Source of the DNA: Acidobacteriota bacterium
GTDB lineage: Bacteria > Acidobacteriota > Vicinamibacteria > Vicinamibacterales > UBA2999
DNA: 64,000 nt
Assembly (NCBI GenBank): GCA_947482665.1
Contig: CANKJK010000009.1
Location: 1,603 to 65,602 of the forward strand
Reading direction: 5' to 3'
Of the stretch, positions 18,367 to 28,080 are shown piece by piece. Numbering within the stretch: the first letter of the stretch is position 1; each line of letters begins with the position of its first letter. The notes beneath the pieces are model-generated. The model saw only the letters and a program-made list of their open reading frames with translations, ran no database searches and was not told the DNA's origin. A program made the translations under genes and the position numbers.

Positions 18367-19485
18367 GTGGAGCCATTCCTCCACCCGGAATCCATTCAGT
18401 TCGCGGACCCGCAGTGGCTCTGGCTGCTGCTCGGACCCGCGTTGCTGCTGGGCGTCTGGGTGCGGCAATTCCAGAAGCGCCGGCGGGACGCCTCGCGGCT
18501 TGCGGCCGCCCGGCGCATTCCCCTCCGGGAACGCCTGCCAATCTTCGGCGACGCCCTTTTTTCGCTCTGTCTCATCGGCGCCACGGCGCTCCTCGTGGTC
18601 GCGCTGGCACGGCCCGGGGTTGTGGTCTCGATGGTGCGCACCGGTGGCATCGATCTGGTCGTGCTCCTCGACGGCTCGGCCTCGATGCGCACGAAGGATG
18701 TGCCCGGGGATCGGTGGCAGCGGTCGGTCCGGTTCCTGCGCACCCTTGGCGACTCCCTGCGCTGGGATCACGACCGCATCGCCCTCACGCTCTTTGCCCG
18801 CATCGCTGCGCCACAGATCCGGCTGACGAAGGACCCGAACACGTTCTTCTTCTTCCTCGACAACCTGCAGGAGAAGTCGCCATTCCCGCTCGAGGAAGAC
18901 ACCAGCTGGGACACCAACAGCGAGCTCAGCATTTTCTGGGGCCTGCGCGTCCTCGAAAAGGACGAGGAGATTCACGGCAAGTCGAAGAACGCACCGCTCT
19001 TCGTCATGATTTCCGACGGCCAGAGCTGGAGCGGTGAAGTCGAGAAATCCCTGAAGCTGGCGCGGGACCGGAACGTGCCGGTCATCACGGTCGGCGTGGG
19101 CACCCTCGCCGGCGGTCGCATTCCTGAGCCGGTGCGGAACCTCTCCCCCGCGGCCCAGGCGGCCATTCCCCCGACGCCGCCCGTCTATTCGACGCTCGAC
19201 CGGCCGTCACTCAAGCAGATCGCGACGGCCAGCGGCGGCGAGTATCTCGAACTCGACCGCGACAGTGACATCAGCCTCGCGAATCACATCGTGGAACTCG
19301 CCCGGCGCCGCGTCATCGCGCTGCCGGCCGAGCCGAAGATGGAGGACCTCTACTGGCGTGTGCTGGCCGGCGCGGGCCTCCTCGCCCTGGCGGGCGCGCT
19401 CTCGCTCCGCGACCGCTCGGCGCTGGTCGTCCAGCTCGCCGGCGGCGGCCTCGCGCTCGCCGCACTGGCATCCCTGCTCGGCTGA
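18367..19485 (+). CDS. VWA-domain membrane protein (BatB-like)
   Basis: GTG lies 1 nt after the upstream TAA. MIDAS block DLVVLLDGSASM, then FVMISDGQSWSG. Has N- and C-terminal TM helices. Confidence 0.85.
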   Translation: MEPFLHPESIQFADPQWLWLLLGPALLLGVWVRQFQKRRRDASRLAAARRIPLRERLPIFGDALFSLCLIGATALLVVALARPGVVVSMVRTGGIDLVVLLDGSASMRTKDVPGDRWQRSVRFLRTLGDSLRWDHDRIALTLFARIAAPQIRLTKDPNTFFFFLDNLQEKSPFPLEEDTSWDTNSELSIFWGLRVLEKDEEIHGKSKNAPLFVMISDGQSWSGEVEKSLKLARDRNVPVITVGVGTLAGGRIPEPVRNLSPAAQAAIPPTPPVYSTLDRPSLKQIATASGGEYLELDRDSDISLANHIVELARRRVIALPAEPKMEDLYWRVLAGAGLLALAGALSLRDRSALVVQLAGGGLALAALASLLG

Positions 19486-19536
19486 CGCCGCCCGACGGCT
19501 CGACTCCGGACCGCTGACTTCGGCTAGCCTAGGTTC

Positions 19537-20382
19537 ATGGCTGAGGTTCCCTCGTTCGGCGGGCTGCGTGTCCTCTCGCTCGAAAGCCGCCGCGCCACGG
19601 AGATGGCGGCGCTCATCACCACCTACGGCGGCGTCCCGACCGTGGCGCCGTCCATGCGCGAGGTGCCGATTGGCGACAACCCGGCGGCCCTGACCTTTGC
19701 CGACGCCGTCGTGCGGGGCGACTTCGATATCGTGGTGTTGCTCACCGGTGTCGGGACGACGGCACTGCTCGACGCCATCCGGGCAGACCGGCCTGTCGAG
19801 CCCGTCATCGCCGCGCTTGGTCGTATGCGGCTCGCGGTCCGGGGGCCGAAACCAGCAGCCGTCCTGCGAGCGCTGGGTCTAACGCCGTGGCTCATCGCGG
19901 CCGAGCCCAACACGTGGCGGGAACTCATCGCCGCCCTCGACGGGCAGGCCACCGAACACCCCCTGCGCGGGACCCGCGTGGCCGTCCAGGAGTACGGCGT
20001 CACCAACGTCGAACTGGTCGCGGCCCTGACGACGCGCGGAGCGACAGTCACGAACGTGCCCGTCTACCGCTGGTCGTTACCAGAGGACACCGGTCCGATG
20101 GAGCGGGCCGTCGCGGCCCTGGTGGCCGGAGTGCTTGACGTGAGCGTGTTCACGACGGCGACACAGATGATCCACCTGCTCCAGATTGCCGCTCGGACCA
20201 ACCAGCAGGCGGCCCTCCTGGCGGCCCTTCGACGCACGGTTGTCGCCTCCATCGGCCCGACGACATCCGAGGAACTGCGCCGGCACGGCCTCGAGCCGGA
20301 CATGGAGCCGAGCCACCCGAAGTTCGGTGTGCTGGTCCGTGAGGCCGCCGAGCGCGCCCGAGGGCTCCTGTCCGCCAAGTAA
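19537..20382 (+). CDS. hemD: uroporphyrinogen-III synthase (HEM4 family)
   Basis: LRVLSLESRRATEMAALITTYGGVPTVAPSMREVP plus the two-lobe repeat pattern (VAVQEYG...VTNVPVYRW) are typical of HemD-type proteins. Confidence 0.7.
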   Translation: MAEVPSFGGLRVLSLESRRATEMAALITTYGGVPTVAPSMREVPIGDNPAALTFADAVVRGDFDIVVLLTGVGTTALLDAIRADRPVEPVIAALGRMRLAVRGPKPAAVLRALGLTPWLIAAEPNTWRELIAALDGQATEHPLRGTRVAVQEYGVTNVELVAALTTRGATVTNVPVYRWSLPEDTGPMERAVAALVAGVLDVSVFTTATQMIHLLQIAARTNQQAALLAALRRTVVASIGPTTSEELRRHGLEPDMEPSHPKFGVLVREAAERARGLLSAK

Positions 20383-20475
20383 CGCCTGGCGCCCGCCTCA
20401 CGCAGCCGGGATCGCGATAGAGTGACCGCCAGTGCCGCGGCGACAGCCTCGGCACCACTTGTCCGGAGGTTCTAC

Positions 20476-21327
20476 ATGTTGAGTCGACGCTCCCTCGCCT
20501 GCGCCCTCGTCGCCTTCGCGGTGCTCGTCCTCGGTGGCCTGTCTCTGACCGCCCAGGCGCCCGTCCGCGAGATCACACCGATCAGGGGCAACCTCTACCG
20601 CTTCCGCAACAATGGTCACTTCTCCGTCTTTCTGGTGACGCCGGCGGGTGTCATCGCCACGGACCCCATCGACCCAGAGGCCGCGGCGTATCTCAAGCGC
20701 GAGATCGCCACGCGCTTCAAGGTCCCGGTGAAGTACGTGATCTACAGCCATGGCCACGAGGACCACGCATCCGGTGGTGAGGTGTTCGCTGACACCGCCA
20801 CCTTCATCGGGCACGACATCACCAAAGCGATGATGGCCGCCGACAAGGTACCCTCTCCCCTGCCGACGGAGACGTTTGCCACCACGAAGACCGTCACGCT
20901 GGGCGGGGCGACGGTGGAGCTCTCCTACCTCGGGCCAAACCACGCCGACGGCATGATCGTGATGCGGTTCCCGAAGGAGCGGACGCTGTTCGCCGTGGAT
21001 ATCGTCCCGATCGATTCGGTCGCCTACCGCGACTTTCCCAACGCCGACATCTCTGGGTGGATTGCCTCGCTCAGGAAGATTGAGCAGATGGACTTCGAAC
21101 TGCTGGCGCCTGGGCACGGCCCGATGGGGACGCGCGACCACGCCCGCCGGCATCGCGAGTATCTCGAGGACCTCAAGACGCAGGTCTCGGCGCACATCCA
21201 GCACGGCATGACACTCATCGAGACCAGGGACGCCGTGAATCTGACCAAGTACAAGGCCTGGACCGGCTACGACACCAGCCGCGACCTGAACATCGACGGC
21301 ATGTTCCGACTCATGGGCGGGCGCTAG
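20476..21327 (+). CDS. exported MBL-fold metallo-hydrolase
   Basis: ATG 20476 is preceded by GGAGG. Signal peptide MLSRRSLACALVAFAVLVLGGLSLTAQA. HxHxDH motif in VIYSHGHEDHASGG. Confidence 0.8.
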   Translation: MLSRRSLACALVAFAVLVLGGLSLTAQAPVREITPIRGNLYRFRNNGHFSVFLVTPAGVIATDPIDPEAAAYLKREIATRFKVPVKYVIYSHGHEDHASGGEVFADTATFIGHDITKAMMAADKVPSPLPTETFATTKTVTLGGATVELSYLGPNHADGMIVMRFPKERTLFAVDIVPIDSVAYRDFPNADISGWIASLRKIEQMDFELLAPGHGPMGTRDHARRHREYLEDLKTQVSAHIQHGMTLIETRDAVNLTKYKAWTGYDTSRDLNIDGMFRLMGGR

Positions 21328-21336
21328 GCCCGCCCG

Positions 21337-21528
21337 GTGGAACTCTTCCTGAGCTTCTTCGCGGGCCTGGTAGGGAGCGCCTATCTGCTCTACGGGCGCC
21401 GTCAGTCCGAACCGTGGTTCATCGTCACCGGGATCGCGCTCATCGCGTATCCCTACATCGTCTCTGGCCTGGTCCTCACCGGGCTCGTCGGCGTCGCGCT
21501 GGCCCTGCTGCCGTTCGTGCTCCGCTGA
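21337..21528 (+). CDS. small two-helix membrane protein
   Basis: 63-aa ORF with a GTG start just after a hairpin that spans the MBL stop codon. MELFLSFFAGLVGSAYLLYGRRQSEPWFIVTGIALIAYPYIVSGLVLTGLVGVALALL. Confidence 0.4.
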   Translation: MELFLSFFAGLVGSAYLLYGRRQSEPWFIVTGIALIAYPYIVSGLVLTGLVGVALALLPFVLR

Positions 21529-21665
21529 CCACGGGGACACTCGGTGCTCCTCTCACGCTCTGCGGCTCCCGCCCTCGGCTGGCTCTCTGGTGCCATTGCC
21601 CCGCCTCCATCTTGGGTGCACGCTCAAGGTGCGCTCTCCTGGCGCACACTCGTGGAGGTCACGCA

Positions 21666-21917
21666 ATGTCACGCAGCTCGATTCTGGCTCTCTCGTACGC
21701 GCTCCTCGTCCTGACGCTTGGGATCACTCCCGCGATGGCCACGGGCACGGGTGCTCGCACCACGCACGCCCAGACCACCGGCGCCAAGTCCGCAGGCGCG
21801 GCGCCGACCGGCGCCACGGAGAAGAAGGCCCATAAGAAGCACGGCAAGAAGTCCGCCGGCAAGAAGCACGTCAAGAAGGGCCAGGCCGGCGCGACCGACA
21901 AGACCGCCGGAAAGTAA
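21666..21917 (+). CDS. small exported Lys/His/Ala/Gly-rich protein
   Basis: ATG 21666 is preceded by GGAGG. Signal peptide MSRSSILALSYALLVLTLGITPAMA, then the low-complexity tail TGAKSAGAAPTGATEKKAHKKHGKKSAGKKHVKKGQAGATDKTAGK. Confidence 0.5.
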   Translation: MSRSSILALSYALLVLTLGITPAMATGTGARTTHAQTTGAKSAGAAPTGATEKKAHKKHGKKSAGKKHVKKGQAGATDKTAGK

Positions 21918-22919
21918 TTAGACCTGCACAATCGGGCAGGCCACCATCCGGCCTGCCCGTTCCTCGAGCACGGGCACGCGCTCCGCGCATGACGCCTGCG
22001 CCAGCGGGCACCGCGTGCGGAAGGCACAGCCTGACGGCTTGTGCATCGGCGACGGCACGTCGCCCATCAACCGCACCGTCGCGGCCCGTTCCACGAACGG
22101 ATCCGGCACAGGTGCCGACGCCAGCAGCGCCTGCGAATAGGGATGCACGGGACGGCCGTAGATGGCATCGCCATCCCCCGCTTCGACGATGTGCCCCAGG
22201 TACATCACGGCGATGCGATCCGAGATGTGGCGTACCACCGACAGGTCGTGTGCGATGAAGATGTAGGAGAGTCCAAACTCCTGCTGCAGGTCCTGCATCA
22301 GGTTGATCACCTGGGCCTGCACGGACACGTCGAGCGCGCTCACCGGCTCGTCAGCAATCACAATTTTAGGGTTGGTGGCCAGCGCCCGCGCCAGGCCGAT
22401 CCGCTGCCGCTGTCCGCCCGAGAACTCGTGCGGGTAGCGGGTCATGTGGTCCTTCGAGAGGCCCACTTTTTCCAGCAGCCACCGTACGCGGTCAGCCCGC
22501 TCGGCCGGCGTCATCCCCGTATGCACGCGGAGCGGCTCCTCGACGATCTGATCCACGGTCTTCCGGGGATTGAGCGAGGAGTAGGGATCCTGGAACACCA
22601 TCTGGATGTCGGACCGGTACCGCCGCATCCCCGCCTGGTCGAGCGACGCCAGGTCTACGACGCCGTCAGGATGGTGATAGAGAATCTGGCCGCTCACCTC
22701 CACCCGGTAGCTCATCGCCTTCAGGATGTTGACGACGGCCCGGCCCACGGTGCTCTTGCCGCACCCGGACTCACCGACCAGACCGAGCGTCTCGCCCTGA
22801 TTGAGCGTCAGGCTCACGCCGTCCACGGCGCGCACCTCTCCCCTGCGCCGCAGGAACACGCCGCCGAACACCGGAAACCGGACCGTGAGGTCTGCGATCT
22901 CGAGAATGGGCTCAGCCAC
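21918..22919 (-). CDS. ABC transporter ATP-binding protein (OppF/DppF-like)
   Basis: GTG start at 22919 ([15 protein letters not shown]) overlaps the upstream stop by 8 nt (GTGGCTGA). Walker A GESGCGKST, signature FSGGQRQR, Walker B IVIADEPVSALD. The ORF extension to 23240 overlaps the preceding ATPase gene. Confidence 0.9.
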   Translation of the reverse strand: MAEPILEIADLTVRFPVFGGVFLRRRGEVRAVDGVSLTLNQGETLGLVGESGCGKSTVGRAVVNILKAMSYRVEVSGQILYHHPDGVVDLASLDQAGMRRYRSDIQMVFQDPYSSLNPRKTVDQIVEEPLRVHTGMTPAERADRVRWLLEKVGLSKDHMTRYPHEFSGGQRQRIGLARALATNPKIVIADEPVSALDVSVQAQVINLMQDLQQEFGLSYIFIAHDLSVVRHISDRIAVMYLGHIVEAGDGDAIYGRPVHPYSQALLASAPVPDPFVERAATVRLMGDVPSPMHKPSGCAFRTRCPLAQASCAERVPVLEERAGRMVACPIVQV

Positions 22920-23928
22920 GGGGCACCGGATGCTGCGCGGGATCGTGCAGGTGACAGCGGACCAAGTGTCCGGGCGCGCGCTCGACGAGTGCGGGCTCGA
23001 CGCCGGCGCATGGCGCGAAGCGGTCCCCGCAGCGCGTCTCAAACTTGCACCCCGCGGGCAGGTGCATGATGTCGGGCACGCTGCCGGGAATCGCCTGCAG
23101 GCGCCCGGCTCGTGGCCCGTCCACGCGCGGAATGCTGCCGAGGAGGCCTCGCGTATAGGGGTGGAGCGGGTTGCGGAAGAGCTCCTTGACCGGCGCCAGT
23201 TCCTGCACCTTGCCGCCATACATAACCGCGACCCGATCACACATCTCGGCCACGACGGCGAGATTGTGCGTGATGAGCAGAATGGCGGCCCCCTGCCGCT
23301 TCCGCTTCAGCTGGCGCATCAGCTCCAGGATCTGTGCCTGGATCGTGACATCCAGCGCGGTGGTGGGTTCATCCGCGATGAGCAGCGCCGGATTGTTGGC
23401 CAGCGCCATCGCGATCATCACGCGTTGCCGCATGCCGCCGGACATGTGATGGGGATACTGCCCCAGCCGTTCGGCCGCATCAGGAATGCCGACTTCGGTG
23501 AGCATCGCCACGGCTCGCCGGTTCGCCTCCTCCTGGCTGCAGCGGTCGTGCGCGAGGATGACTTCCGTCACCTGCATCCCGATCGTGAACACCGGATTGA
23601 GGGACGTCATGGGCTCCTGGAAGACCATGCTGATCTGACTGCCGCGCACGCTGCGCATCTGCTCGATGGGCAGCGCCAGCAGGTTCCGGCCCTGGAACCG
23701 GATCTCGCCCGCCACGATGCGCCCCGGGGGATCCGGAATCAAACGCAGGATGCTGAGGGCGGTCACACTCTTCCCGGAGCCGGATTCGCCCACCAGCCCC
23801 AGCACCTCCCCTTCCTGAATCTCGAGGTCCACGCCGTCCACGGCGCGCGCCACGCCGGATTCCGTGAAGAAGTGGGTCTTGAGCCCTCGAATCTGCAGGA
23901 GCGGTGTCTGATCGGCCATGGTCGTCAC
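22912..23928 (-). CDS. ABC transporter ATP-binding protein (OppD/DppD-like)
   Basis: Walker [10 protein letters not shown], signature MSGGMRQR, Walker [16 protein letters not shown] at 23928 or ATG at 23919 ([13 protein letters not shown]). Confidence 0.9.
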   Translation of the reverse strand: MTTMADQTPLLQIRGLKTHFFTESGVARAVDGVDLEIQEGEVLGLVGESGSGKSVTALSILRLIPDPPGRIVAGEIRFQGRNLLALPIEQMRSVRGSQISMVFQEPMTSLNPVFTIGMQVTEVILAHDRCSQEEANRRAVAMLTEVGIPDAAERLGQYPHHMSGGMRQRVMIAMALANNPALLIADEPTTALDVTIQAQILELMRQLKRKRQGAAILLITHNLAVVAEMCDRVAVMYGGKVQELAPVKELFRNPLHPYTRGLLGSIPRVDGPRAGRLQAIPGSVPDIMHLPAGCKFETRCGDRFAPCAGVEPALVERAPGHLVRCHLHDPAQHPVPRG

Positions 23929-23932
23929 GCGC

Positions 23933-25012
23933 CTACCGAAGGCGGGAGTACTCCTTTGGGTCGAACGCCTCGCGCACGGCCTCGCCGATGAACACGACGA
24001 GCAGCAACGTCAGGAACAGGGCTCCAAGGGGAAAGAAGACCAGCCACCACTTGGAGAGGTTGGCCATGCCCTGTCCGATGAGTTCGCCCCAGCTCGGCGT
24101 CGGCGCCGGAAGCCCGAAGCCGAGAAAGTCGAGGGCCACGAGCGACCCGATATTGGCCACCACCGTGAACGGCGCGAACGAGACGACCGGTGTCAGGGCG
24201 TTGGGCAGAATGTGGCGGAACATGATCGCGGACTGGGACACGCCCGTCACAATCGCGGCACCGACGTAGTCCTTCGCCTTCTCCCGGTAGAACTCTCCGC
24301 GGATGTAATACGTGATGCCCATCCAGTCGAAGGCCGTCAGGATGAGCACCAGCAGCCAGAACGAGGGCTGCAGGAGTGGGCCATGCCCCGGCAGATACAC
24401 CGGCACGATGATCGAGCTGATGATGATGATCGTGTAGAGAAACGGCAGCGACGACCAGATCTCGATGGCCCGCTGGCCCACGATATCCACCGTGCCACCC
24501 AGGTAGCCCAGCGCCGCGCCGACGGCCACGCCCGCCACCATCCCGAGCACGGTGACGATCAGCGCAAACGTCATGGAAATGTTGAAGCCGTAGGCCAGCC
24601 GGACCAGTACATCGCGGCCTCGGTCGTCCGTGCCGAAGTAGTGCCGATTCGTCGGCTTGTGCGGCGGCGCGCCGCTCTGATCCAGCAGGGACTCGTTGGG
24701 GCCGAAGGGATAGGGTGGCATCAGGACCCAGTTCCCACGGCCCTCCTGCGCAAAGACGTCCTTGAGTGCCCGGTAGTCTGGCTCGCCGATGGCGTTCTGC
24801 CCGAACGCAGAGGCCGGCTGGAAGGTGACCATCGGCACGTAGTAATGGCCGTGATACTTCACCAACAGCGCCACGTTGTTCGCCAGCACCGGCAACGCGA
24901 ACGAGAGGAGGTACACGCCCGTGATCAGCAGAAACGACCAGTAGCCCCGCTTGAGGCGGCGGAACTTCCTGAGCCGGCGTTGAAAGATGGACTCGGACAG
25001 CGGCGGGATCAT
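23933..25012 (-). CDS. ABC transporter permease (OppC/DppC/YejE-like)
   Basis: Polytopic 359-aa protein that overlaps the upstream permease by 4 nt. Sits in the usual position for the second permease of a family-5 SBP importer. Confidence 0.85.
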   Translation of the reverse strand: MIPPLSESIFQRRLRKFRRLKRGYWSFLLITGVYLLSFALPVLANNVALLVKYHGHYYVPMVTFQPASAFGQNAIGEPDYRALKDVFAQEGRGNWVLMPPYPFGPNESLLDQSGAPPHKPTNRHYFGTDDRGRDVLVRLAYGFNISMTFALIVTVLGMVAGVAVGAALGYLGGTVDIVGQRAIEIWSSLPFLYTIIIISSIIVPVYLPGHGPLLQPSFWLLVLILTAFDWMGITYYIRGEFYREKAKDYVGAAIVTGVSQSAIMFRHILPNALTPVVSFAPFTVVANIGSLVALDFLGFGLPAPTPSWGELIGQGMANLSKWWLVFFPLGALFLTLLLVVFIGEAVREAFDPKEYSRLR

Positions 25013-26058
25013 TTGAACCGGATGCGCGGGTCCACGACGGCATAGAGCGCGTCGGACAGAATGTTGCCAACCAGCATCAGCATCGACCCGATGACCAGGA
25101 TGCCGAGCGCCACGGGATAATCGCGCTGCAGCAGAGCCGTGTAGCCGAGGTAGCCCATGCCGTCGATATTGAACACGCGCTCGATCAGAAACGACCCGGC
25201 AAGGACGAGACTGATCACGTGACCCAGCCCGGTGACGATCGGGATCAGTGAATTGCGGAGCGCGTGGACGAAGATGACACGCCGCTCACTGAGACCCTTG
25301 GCGAAGGCCGTGCGGACGTAGTCCTGGCCCAGACTTTCCATCATCGAGTTCTTGGTGAGGATGGTTTCGGTCGCGAAGGATCCCACCATGTAGGCCACCA
25401 CCGGTAGAAACATGTGGCTGAACTGGCCAGTGATCTTGCCCCACGGCGAGAGGTATTCCCAGTTGTCGGGCCGGAACCCACCGAGGGGAAAGACATCCCA
25501 GAAGCTCCCGCCGCCCAGCAGCACGAGCAACGCGGTGCCGAGTGCCCACCCGGGCACGGAGTAGCCCAGAAAGACCAGGGCACTGCTGACCACGTCGAAC
25601 TTCGAGCCATGGCGCACGGCCTTCATCACGCCGAGCGGCACGCAGACGAGGTAGCTGAGCAGGAAGCCGGTGAGGCCGAGAAAGATCGAGACCGGGAAGC
25701 GCGACTTGATCACATCCCACACCGGGTCCTGATACACGTAGGACCGTCCCAGGTCGAGATGCACGACCTTCCACAGCCACTGCGCATAGCGGATGTGGAT
25801 GGGCTTATCGAAGCCGTAGTAGCGCTTGATTTCCTCGACCGCCTCTGACGGCAGATCGCTGGCCCCGCGCCCGCTGACCGCCGCGGCGGCGCCTCCGCCG
25901 CCCCCGTTGCCCTCGGTCATCGCCGCCATCTGGACGCGCATGATCTGGCGCTCGACGGGCCCGCCCGGCACGAAGTGCATCACGGCAAACACGGCGAGCG
26001 TGATCCCGAGAAAGGTCGGGATGATGAGCAGGAGGCGCCGAACGAAGTAGGCGGTCAT
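25009..26058 (-). CDS. ABC transporter permease (OppB/DppB/YejB-like)
   Basis: ATG 26058 gives MTAYFVRRLLLIIPTFLGITLAVFAVMHFVPGGP, the canonical DppB/OppB N-terminus. The ORF extension to 26172 would overlap the SBP gene. Confidence 0.9.
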   Translation of the reverse strand: MTAYFVRRLLLIIPTFLGITLAVFAVMHFVPGGPVERQIMRVQMAAMTEGNGGGGGAAAAVSGRGASDLPSEAVEEIKRYYGFDKPIHIRYAQWLWKVVHLDLGRSYVYQDPVWDVIKSRFPVSIFLGLTGFLLSYLVCVPLGVMKAVRHGSKFDVVSSALVFLGYSVPGWALGTALLVLLGGGSFWDVFPLGGFRPDNWEYLSPWGKITGQFSHMFLPVVAYMVGSFATETILTKNSMMESLGQDYVRTAFAKGLSERRVIFVHALRNSLIPIVTGLGHVISLVLAGSFLIERVFNIDGMGYLGYTALLQRDYPVALGILVIGSMLMLVGNILSDALYAVVDPRIRFK

Positions 26059-26080
26059 GGCGACAGGCCGCAGCAGCGGG

Positions 26081-28045
26081 CTAGTTGGTGGCCGCTCCCA
26101 TCGGATGCTGCTTGCCGTATTCCTGCCAGTGCCGAACTTCCAGCGCTCCGACCGGCAGCGTCGCGGAGGCACTGCCCATCGCCTGGGTCAACGCCTGCTG
26201 CTTGACCGGATCGATCCACCACAGCGTGGGCGCATCGCGCTGATCCCCGATGCGCGTGAGCACGCCCTGCGGCATACCGAAGCGGTTCCAGTAGGCCAGC
26301 CGGACGAACGGCGCGTCCCACTCGAGCGCGTAGTGATGCTCGTTGGCCAGCAGGCCATCGACTTCCCGGATCAACGAGGCCCGCTTGGCCGGATCAAACT
26401 CGACGTCGTACTTCGCGAGCAAGGCGTCGATCTTCGGGTTCTTCATGCCGGTGATGTTGTTGTTGCTCTTCTCGTCGGCCATCTTGGAATGGAAGGACGT
26501 TTCCGGATTCGGGAAGAGCAGCGCTCCCCATGCCATGCTGGCGACGCTGAACTCGCGGTCCATCACCAGCTTGAAGAGCGTCTCGCCCGTAATCAGCCGC
26601 AGGTTCACCGTGATGCCCGCCTTGCGCAGGTCTTCCTGATAGATCGTCAGGAAGGGTTCGGTGGACTTGCTCCCATAGATGACTTCAACCGTGAGCGGCT
26701 GGCCGTTCTTGACCAGCCGGCCCTGCGCATCCCGGCTGGTATACCCTGCCTGCGCCAGCAGCTCCAGCGCCTTCTTCGGGTCGTAGTCCATCTTCGGGTT
26801 GTTCGGGTTCTCGTAGATGCCACCCGCGTGGTACGAGTGCAGCGGCACATACTCGTTGAAGAAGATCTTCTCGATCAGCAGCGGCCGGTTCATCAGGTGC
26901 GCCATCGCCATCCGGACCCGCACGTCGTCAAATGGCGCGCGCCGGGTATTGAAGGCCAGACCCGAGAATCCGGAGGGGGTGTCGTTGAAGACCTTGACCT
27001 TCTGGACGAGACCGCGCTGCACCTTGTCGAAGTTCATCTCCTCGACCCACTCGCGCGAGATGTTCACGAAGTAGCTGTCGAGGTCGCCCTTCTTGAACAT
27101 CTCGAAGGCCAGCTTCTGGTCACGGACGACCACTTCGCGGATCTCGTCGAAATTGTTCACGCCGACGTTGCGGCGGTGCGCCTCGGCCCAGTACCCGCTC
27201 TTGCGGCGGCGGATGGTGACGCTCTTCCCCTTGACGACGTCGGCCTCCTCGACCACATAGGGGCCACTGCCCGGAATCAGCTTGAAGTTGTAGTCCTTGA
27301 TGTACTGCTCGCCCGTGACGGTCTTGAGCACGTGGGCCGGCAGGATCGACATGCCTGAGAAGTAGAGGAAGTTCCGCCAGTTGAGGACCTTGCTCTTCAC
27401 ACGGACGATGTACTTGCTTTCAGCGACCGGCCGCTCGAACTTGCCAAAGGTAAGCTGGTTGGACGGATCCTGCAGCCCCTTGTCCATCTTGAAGTCCCAT
27501 GACGCCACCACATCCTCGGCGACCACGGGCTGGCCGTCCGCCCATCGCGCGTTCGGATTGATCCGGTAGCGGTAGGTCAGCTTGTCCTCCGCGATCTGCC
27601 AATGCGTCGCGAGGATGGGCATGAACTCGAGCGAGGTCGGATGCACCGACAGCAGCGACTCGTAGACCATCGGACCGATCATGTAATTGAGCGCGGTATT
27701 GGATTCCGGACCCTCGATGCGGAGCGTGCCCGGGAAGTCGAGCACGAACTCCCGGAACTGCCCACCCTTGACGGCCCGTGGGTCACCGATGAGGTCGTAG
27801 TCCGTGTTGGTCTGCCAGCCCTGGCCCGTGAAGCCCTTGCCGCCCTGCTCGGCCGGCACGGCCGGATCCGCGCCGGCGTCGGCACTGGGAAACACGGGAT
27901 AGTCCGCCTTGTTGACCGACACAGTGGCGGCCGGAGCCGCGGGAGCGGCGGCGCCCGTCGCCGGCTTCGTCTCGCCGCCTCCCCCACCACAGGCGACCGT
28001 GAACAGACCAAGACCGAGCACTGCACCAAGGGACCGTCGCATCAT
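26081..28045 (-). CDS. ABC substrate-binding lipoprotein, family 5 (peptide/opine/nickel type)
   Basis: Lipobox MMRRSLGAVLGLGLFTVAC followed by a Gly-rich linker. The 654 aa contain typical SBP_bac_5 blocks (e.g. GPYVVEE, YGSKSTEP..IYQEDLRKAGI). Confidence 0.85.
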   Translation of the reverse strand: MMRRSLGAVLGLGLFTVACGGGGGETKPATGAAAPAAPAATVSVNKADYPVFPSADAGADPAVPAEQGGKGFTGQGWQTNTDYDLIGDPRAVKGGQFREFVLDFPGTLRIEGPESNTALNYMIGPMVYESLLSVHPTSLEFMPILATHWQIAEDKLTYRYRINPNARWADGQPVVAEDVVASWDFKMDKGLQDPSNQLTFGKFERPVAESKYIVRVKSKVLNWRNFLYFSGMSILPAHVLKTVTGEQYIKDYNFKLIPGSGPYVVEEADVVKGKSVTIRRRKSGYWAEAHRRNVGVNNFDEIREVVVRDQKLAFEMFKKGDLDSYFVNISREWVEEMNFDKVQRGLVQKVKVFNDTPSGFSGLAFNTRRAPFDDVRVRMAMAHLMNRPLLIEKIFFNEYVPLHSYHAGGIYENPNNPKMDYDPKKALELLAQAGYTSRDAQGRLVKNGQPLTVEVIYGSKSTEPFLTIYQEDLRKAGITVNLRLITGETLFKLVMDREFSVASMAWGALLFPNPETSFHSKMADEKSNNNITGMKNPKIDALLAKYDVEFDPAKRASLIREVDGLLANEHHYALEWDAPFVRLAYWNRFGMPQGVLTRIGDQRDAPTLWWIDPVKQQALTQAMGSASATLPVGALEVRHWQEYGKQHPMGAATN

Positions 28046-28080
28046 GAATCCGAAACTCCTCTGGAGGGATATCGCGCGGG

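Noticed and set aside
21315-21335. Hairpin GGGCGGGC-GCTAG-GCCCGCCC spanning the MBL hydrolase stop codon, as a terminator
   Set aside because: There is no following U-tract, and a possible GTG-initiated small ORF begins 2 nt later. It may be a coupling or attenuating structure, but the evidence is too thin to call a feature.
22920-23240. N-terminal extension of the OppF-like ATPase ORF (to 440 aa)
   Set aside because: It would overlap the upstream ATPase gene by more than 300 nt in another frame. The conserved ATPase N-terminus ([15 protein letters not shown]) starts at GTG 22919, with the usual short coupling overlap.
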